Positions 57,714 to 64,000 of a stretch of DNA of 64,000 bases are shown here, piece by piece; the stretch's first letter is position 1; the number at the start of each line of letters is the position of its first letter. Source of the stretch: Chloropicon primus (Eukaryota). The stretch lies in assembly GCA_023205875.1 (NCBI GenBank), contig CP060763.1, forward strand, positions 310,001-374,000, read 5' to 3'. A program made the position numbers and the translations under genes. A model generated the notes under the pieces. It searched no databases. It was not told where the DNA came from and was given only the letters and a program-made list of their open reading frames with translations.

Positions 57714-57846
57714 AGAGCTTGAGAGAGAAAGCTCCCACTCATCTTTTTTCATTTAATATAATAATAGAGAAAGAAGCAAACAACAAGAAAGGACAAGACA
57801 TGACCCCCTGGCTACTCGTACAATAAAAGAAAAGATAAGAATGAAA

Positions 57847-60151
57847 TCACTTGCCCCCGTTGCTGAGCCCAATCCTGGATGTGACGCGCTCGAAGAGGGC
57901 TGCGTTGAACCGGATCGCAGTCGCAAACACGCCGGGACCCACCTCGTCGATGCTAGGCAGCACCTTGGAAGCTTCGGACCCCTTCTTCGCAAAGGTTGAG
58001 AGATCAGTGGGCGGGGATGATTCCAGGAGGCTGCTGACCTCGGGCTGTATGATTTCCCACACGGCCTGAGCTGTCTCGAGCACGACCTCGTCGTCCTCTG
58101 ACTTTGCCGCGAGGGGGGAGAACAAGAACTCAACTTGCTCCCTCATAGCGGGGTCCAGGGTGTTGAAGGGGAAGACGACCTCCGCGGGGTTCCTTCCCCC
58201 CGTCACCGCGTCGATGCCTTGACCAAGGAACCGCTCCAAGACGTGCCTGCCAACCGTATCAACGGTCCTCGCTGCCTCCCTGACCAAAATCTCTTGCAGG
58301 TAGTTCCCCTCCACCGAAAACAGGAGCTCCAACCCCTCCCGGAGAATGACAGCCTGCCGCTCGTTGTCCTCCTCCTCCGTGGGGGTGTAGTCCTTTGGCA
58401 TCAGGGACACGGATTGCTCGTTGTAGGTCCTGAACGCATTCGCGAGCTTCTGGAACCTCCTGACATTGAGTCTCATCTGCCCTTCCACCGAGGAGGGCTC
58501 GTACATGATCGCCCGCAAGGCTGACCTCACCCTCGGCGTGTTGTCGCTAAAGAGCCTCCTGGCGATGTAGGGGTAGCACTCCTGAACTATCGCGTACTTG
58601 GGGTTGTTCTGCAGGCCGATGCCCTCGAGCACAGAGAAGGCCCTTAGGATGTAAGCAAAGTAGGGCGGGATCTGAAAAATGTTCCCGTACTTCTCTTGGA
58701 TGAACTGCACTTCCAAGCCCACGTCCGCCACGTTGATGCCCTTGACGCCCCCGCCCCGCGCGAGGTTCCTGAACACCTTGGAGAGGGCCCTGACCACACC
58801 TTGATCGTCCACGGCCAGCTCCTTCCCCTTGGGTATGAAGCCAAGGCTGACCAAGTCCTTTGGTATCCTCACGTAGTCCTCCGCGACGAGGTGAGCGATG
58901 TAGTCGATGATCGCGTACTGCTGATCAGTCGTTATCTCGGTGGTGAGGCCCCAATCCAGAATGCAAAGCTTTCCTTCGTCCGTCCGGAGAAGGTTCCCAG
59001 GATGCGGATCTGCGTGCAAGACGCCGGTGTCAAGAAGCATGGTGAGGTAAGCCGTGAGCGCCAGGCCGCACAGCTTTGCGACATCTTCCTCCTCGCTCAG
59101 CTCCAGCCTCTCCCCGTAGATCCACTCGGTGATAAGGACTTTGTTTGTGCAGAGCTCGTCCACAGGATTCGCCGCCGTGACGCTGGTGATCTTCCTCGCC
59201 TTCATCGCTTCCATGAACTCCTTCCCGTTCTCCGCCTCCCTCTGATAATCCAGCTCCGCGACGAACCTCTCGCCCCACTGATCTAACAGGCCCACGAGAT
59301 CAGAGTTCAAGTTCTTCGACTGCTGGATGTAAGGCGCCAGGAGCCTGAGGATGTGCATGTCCAGGGATATGGAGGGCAATATCCCAGGCCTCTGGACCTT
59401 CACCGCTACCTCCTTCCCAGAGGACCTTAGGGTCGCCCTGTAGACTTGGCCCAGGGACGCAGACGCCACCGGCTCCGGCGAGATTGTCTCAAAGACTCCG
59501 CTCACCCCCCCCTGGGGCCGAAGCTCCCCGTTCAAGATCTCCAACGCTTCCTCCGTGGGAAACGGTGGGACGGCGTCTTGCAGCTTCCTCAGCTCCTTTA
59601 GGTACGCCTCCGGCAGGAGGTCCACCCTGATGCTCAAAGCCTGGCCCGCCTTGACAAAGGTCGGCCCGAGCTCCGCAAGGAGGAGGCGAAGCTGCACGGC
59701 TTGCTTTTCCCTCGTCTCTTCCGTGACTTGACCCCCGTCCAAGTTCCCTTCCGTCTTCAAGCTGAGGAGAAAGGCCAGAGACCCTCGAAGGATTTCAAGA
59801 ATTCTTCTGAGAACGAGGCCTTTCCTCTTGCTGAAGTACTTGGCGGCCCTGTCCGGGTCGTAGGACATCGGCAGCTCTTCCCCGGGCCCCGTAGCGACCG
59901 CCGACGACGACGAGGAGGAAGAGGAGGAGGACAAGCTCTCGATGACCTTGATGCTCGCGATGGCGACCGCGGCCGCCAGGGCAACCTCTGGCGGTGGCAC
60001 CACGCCGTCCAGGTCCAAGTCAATGCCGTACAGGACTCCCTCCACCGAGGAGGCCGCAGATGAGACCGACTGGGTCAGTTCCCCCAGGACTGACGACGCC
60101 GACCTCGACACCTCGTCCAGGACACCAGGCTGCAGCACACACAGACAAAGA

Positions 60152-60183
<32 letters not shown>

Positions 60184-60481
60184 TTGCAGGGAACCGTCAG
60201 CTCTCGCTCGCGAAAATAAAACGAAGGGGAAAAAGTGTTTCGGGCCAGGAAACCCTGAAAGAGCCCTCCCCTTTCAAGAAACAACGACTCACCGCTTGAA
60301 GTTTCTCGAGCAAAACGTCCAGCCTCTCTGGGCCATCCAAGGCTTCCCACGCCTTTGTAGCGTAACTCGTTCCGAGATCTCTGACGATACCGCGACGCAA
60401 GGTCATCCTCCGAGGACTGAACCCGCCACGCCTCCACCCCGCCCCCCTCGCCGCCCTGACCCCCGTGACCAGCCTCACCAT
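57847..60481 (-). CDS. ABC1/UbiB atypical kinase, plastid
   Basis: Exons 60481-60293 and 60129-57847. Motifs LGPTFVK.GQ, LQD.VPPF, ASASLGQVY, VAVKVQRP, HADPHPGN and LDWG. Confidence 0.93.
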
Positions 60482-60806
60482 CCTCAATCAATCTCCGCTT
60501 GCTGGGTTGCTGGGGAACTCTCCGGCTCAGAATCCTCAAACCTCCACCATTTCTTGCGTGGTAACGCACGTTGGAAAGATAATCAAACGAATCTTCCGTC
60601 TGTGACCACCCCTTCTCCCAAAACACTCGCCCCCGCCACGCCTTTGCCGCCAAACGCGTCCCCCTTTGTCGCCAGACCGCAAGCGTTGATTCTCACCCAC
60701 GAATTTTTTGATTCAGGTTTTATTTTTAAATTTGGAGAAGGGAGAAGGGCGCTTCGTAACGGCTGGAGGGTACCACTCACGTCGCTTGCTTCGTTCCCAA
60801 CTTGGC

Positions 60807-61367
60807 ATGGGGATCTGCTTTTCGAGGAGGCCATCGGCGGCGTCGGCCCCGGGCCAGGAGGAGGTGCTGTTCTTCCCGGATCCCGCCATGCCTTGCTACC
60901 GAGCGTTGTACGGCAAGCCTTGCCGGCGCGCCAACTGCAAGTACACGCACGAGTTGACGTCCCTGGTCAGGCTCCTGCTGGAAATAAGAAAGGCGAGGAG
61001 GACCCTGGTGGTGTGTGTGTTCACGATAACGTGTACGGAGATCGCCGACGAGATCGTGGCAGCAGCAAAGGAGAGGGGCGTCAAGGTGCGAGTGATTACG
61101 GACGATGTCAAGATGGACGACCAAGGAAGCAAGGCCTTCGACCTCAAGGCAAAGGGAATCAGGGTCAGGCACGATCACAATAGCTTGTCTCACATGCATC
61201 ACAAGTTTGCTGTGGTCGACAACAAGACCTTATTGAACGGGTCCTTTAACTGGACGCGGGGCGCTGTGCTGAACAACCGAGAGAACGTCGTCATCTCGCA
61301 CAATCCTGCCTTGGTCCGCGCTTTCTGCGGGGAGTTCAACAAGTTGTGGGCGCTGTACGGAGGATAG
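60807..61367 (+). CDS. PLD6: PLD6/Zucchini/MitoPLD-like single-HKD phospholipase/nuclease
   Basis: EVLFFP followed by a C-x8-C-x4-C-x3-H zinc wing; VRVITD; MHHKFAVVD...NGSFNWT..A...NREN. Confidence 0.88.
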   Translation: MGICFSRRPSAASAPGQEEVLFFPDPAMPCYRALYGKPCRRANCKYTHELTSLVRLLLEIRKARRTLVVCVFTITCTEIADEIVAAAKERGVKVRVITDDVKMDDQGSKAFDLKAKGIRVRHDHNSLSHMHHKFAVVDNKTLLNGSFNWTRGAVLNNRENVVISHNPALVRAFCGEFNKLWALYGG

Positions 61368-61461
61368 AGAGAGACCACGGCGACAACCGCGCGGTGGAGG
61401 GAGAAGGGGGTTGGCAGTTACAAAAAGACACAAAACTAAAAATACAAATGTGTGTGATTCA

Positions 61462-62766
61462 TCAGAAGAACTCGCGGTCCTTGAGCAAGACTGGCGCGAC
61501 CAGGGTCCAGGTGTACAAGCCACCCATGACCCACTGGGAGACGATCTTCACCCAGTAGGAGGTCCAGCCGACATCGATGGTGTCCTTGCCTTGGTGGGCG
61601 GCGGGGGAACCCCAACCCGTCATGAGCATGGCGACGTACATGCAAGCCAGCGCAAAGACGAGGTGGAAGAACGAGTAGCTGTAGTCCACCTCCTCGAACT
61701 CGGCGTGGTCGCCGGTGGAGCCAGTCTCCTCGTCCTCGCTGTCTCTCCTCGACATGGACTTGGTCCCTGGCGCGCTGACCAGTGGGGTCGAGGACGTCGA
61801 GTACGCATTGTCCGTGAGGGAGAAAGACGCGGAGGCCGATCCCGCGGAGAAGGCGGAGTACGCCACTGAGCACAGGGTGAAAACCATGCCGATCCAAAGC
61901 TTGGTGCTGTCCATCTTGTGTCCCATGCCGTTGCAGTGGTAGTCCTCTGGCTGACTGCCCAAAGCACTGAAGCACAAGAAAACGGTGTACAGCGCGATGA
62001 CCGCCGAAGGGAACAGGCTTCCGTGCTCCACCTGAGGCAGCAAGCTGATGACCGAGAACGCCACGAACATCAACAGAGTGACGGTGATAAGCGTGACGTT
62101 GGTCTTGCAGGTCTCCCCCTCCGGGTCGAAGAACTTGTACATGACGACGACGCCAGCAACGCAGAGGCCATAAGACGCAGACGTGAGCGCCAACAACCCA
62201 GCAACCCACCCATAGTGCTCCTTGTTGACCCAAGAGTCGTTCCAAGCGTGAGCGAAGTCCAGCAGTATCATCATTTGCATGATGAGAAACAAGCCAGAAC
62301 CAAAACGTGCGAACATCGAGTACACTTCCATGGACTCGTTCGGCAGGAAGAACGGCACGACCTGGAACACGATCCAGGCCATGATCTTCATGAACCATCC
62401 TCCCGTGTGGAGCTTCGCTCTCGCTTCTCCCTTGTACTTGACACCAGCAAGCAAGCACGAGAACAGGGCGAAGAAAAGAAAGTTGCCCATGCTGATGCGA
62501 TACACCGCTTGCTTCCCAAACCATTCGTCGGACGGCCTGATGCCCATGGTGTCTATCCACGGTATCTTCTTCATCAAAGGTTGCGCGTAGTCTCTCATGA
62601 TCCACGACAAGAAGATGCTCACAAGGAAGAGGAACATGTAAGCACCACGAGATACTTTGGATAAACCGTTCACGCAGGACTTGCAGGCCGAGCAAGCGCA
62701 CGTCGCCGCGCACGAGCCCAAGCAAGCGCTCGCCATGCTCAGTGGCGCGGTTATCAAACCTCCCAT
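61462..62766 (-). CDS. SERINC: Serine incorporator (SERINC/TMS1) membrane protein
   Basis: Cys-rich N-terminus, AVYRIS, LLDFAHAWN, YSYSFFHLVFALA.MY.AML.TGW and WTLVAP..L.DR.F. Confidence 0.95.
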   Translation of the reverse strand: MGGLITAPLSMASACLGSCAATCACSACKSCVNGLSKVSRGAYMFLFLVSIFLSWIMRDYAQPLMKKIPWIDTMGIRPSDEWFGKQAVYRISMGNFLFFALFSCLLAGVKYKGEARAKLHTGGWFMKIMAWIVFQVVPFFLPNESMEVYSMFARFGSGLFLIMQMMILLDFAHAWNDSWVNKEHYGWVAGLLALTSASYGLCVAGVVVMYKFFDPEGETCKTNVTLITVTLLMFVAFSVISLLPQVEHGSLFPSAVIALYTVFLCFSALGSQPEDYHCNGMGHKMDSTKLWIGMVFTLCSVAYSAFSAGSASASFSLTDNAYSTSSTPLVSAPGTKSMSRRDSEDEETGSTGDHAEFEEVDYSYSFFHLVFALACMYVAMLMTGWGSPAAHQGKDTIDVGWTSYWVKIVSQWVMGGLYTWTLVAPVLLKDREFF

Positions 62767-62909
62767 CCTCTCTCTCTCTCTCTCTCTCTCTCCTCTCCTC
62801 TCCTTCAAGTTCACTTCACTTCGAGGGCGACACCAAATGCCTCTCTTCTCTTCTCTTCTCTGCTCTGCCTCTTCGTCTCCGCCCGAGGAGGAGGATGGAC
62901 GTTTTGAAG

Positions 62910-63282
62910 GGACAGGAGGAGGAGGAACGGAACGGAGGAGGAGGAGGCATACATTGGGATTGGGATTGGGATTGGGATCCTTTCTTTCTCTTTCACACTC
63001 TTTCTCTGTCTCTGTCTTTGTCTCGGTCTCTCTTGTGCTGCTGATGCTGCTGCACCCTGACCAGTGTGTCAGCTCCGCGGGGACGTTTATGGCAATGAGG
63101 GGACAGGAGGAGGAGGAACGGAACGGAGGAGGAGGAGGCATACATTGGGATTGGGATTGGGATTGGGATTGGGATCCTTTCTTTCTCTTTCACACTCTTT
63201 CTCTGTCTCTGTCTTTGTCTCGGTCTCTCTTGTGCTGCTGATGCTGCTGCACCCTGACCAGTGTGTCAGCTCCGCGGGGACG
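62910..63282. repeat. Near-perfect tandem dimer, 191-197-bp period, containing (GGGATT)4-5
   Basis: GGACAGGAGGAGG at 62910 and 63101. The units are nearly identical except for one extra TGGGAT in the second. Confidence 0.93.
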
Positions 63283-63370
63283 GGGACGGGGAGGACGAGG
63301 GGGTGGGCATGAATCCCGCGAGGAGGCCTGGGTCCTGGGTCCTCGGTGATACAATACAATGCGCGATGGT

Positions 63371-64000
63371 TTATATTTGGTAAGGGTTGAACTTTCTCTT
63401 GGACCTGAGCTCGGCGATCCGCTTTTTGTCTTCCTTGAACTTGCTCTGCAGCTCCAGGATCTCGTTCCTTCTCTGCTCCCTCCGCTGAAAGTGATAAAAG
63501 CCCTGGTGAAGCGAAGCTTCCTTCCTGTTGGACTCGGCCCTGACCTTGGAGACGGCTTGCAAGTTAACCCCGGAGCCGTCTTGGTTCTTGTGCCTGGCCC
63601 CCTTCCTGGTTCTCACCACAGTCCAGCCGTCGCCCGCCGCGGCGGCCTCCCTGGCCCTCCTCTCCTCCTCCTCCTCCGCCTCCTTCTCCTCAATAAACGT
63701 ATTCACCCTCTCCAGCAAAACCTCGTTCCCAGGACGCTTCCTCCTGTACTCCATCACCAACCCATACGCACCATCCCTCCCACCACCCTGTTCCCCATCC
63801 TCCAGGTCCAACACCATGCCCTCTGCCTTATCACTCAGCACCGCATCCCTCGCCTCCGCCTTCTCGAACACGACGATCCCGGTCTTCCTCTTCTTGTCCT
63901 TGTGAATCACGCATCCCTCCACATTGCCGAACACCCCGAACCCATCACACAACCCTTCACTCGTCATCCCTTCCGGCACACCATTCAACAACACCGTCCT
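63371..64000 (-). CDS. RRP7: Ribosomal RNA processing protein 7 (5' part outside window)
   Basis: RRM-like N-terminal part; DGWTVV; FYHFQRRE.RRNE..EL..KFKEDKKRI..LR.KRKFNPY. Confidence 0.9.
   Translation of the reverse strand, partial: RTVLLNGVPEGMTSEGLCDGFGVFGNVEGCVIHKDKKRKTGIVVFEKAEARDAVLSDKAEGMVLDLEDGEQGGGRDGAYGLVMEYRRKRPGNEVLLERVNTFIEEKEAEEEEERRAREAAAAGDGWTVVRTRKGARHKNQDGSGVNLQAVSKVRAESNRKEASLHQGFYHFQRREQRRNEILELQSKFKEDKKRIAELRSKRKFNPYQI

Noticed and set aside
10776..60292. Introner-like repeated introns
   Set aside because: The predicted introns share no evident sequence similarity or uniform length.

Overview
Eukaryotic nuclear DNA, GC-rich and very gene-dense, with few, short GT-AG introns, plastid-targeted proteins and TGTAA poly(A)-type signals. 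This fits a compact-genome green alga; a picoplanktonic chlorophyte such as Chloropicon is my inference, not confirmed. About 38 protein-coding genes can be supported. They include purH, trhO/STR8, MED18, a PARP-zinc-finger Rad16-like helicase, an ATP-grasp ligase, RPA2, an OSCA-like channel, a deoxynucleoside kinase, RIO1, purF, psuG, 14-3-3, cpFtsY, TIM50, YVH1/DUSP12, UBA5, peroxisomal MDH, two papain proteases, ABC1K, a PLD6/Zucchini-like nuclease, SERINC and RRP7. Notable non-obvious elements: (1) a family of tandem duplications in divergent promoters, three with a period of exactly 178 bp, sharing a ~20-bp motif that also recurs as single copies in other promoters; (2) two intronic box C/D snoRNA candidates in a probably non-coding host gene, one matching the conserved snR41/SNORD62 18S site; (3) a stand-alone transposase-like double-HTH gene with no catalytic domain, lying beside one of the 178-bp repeats. 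All family assignments come from recalled motifs; no database searches were run.
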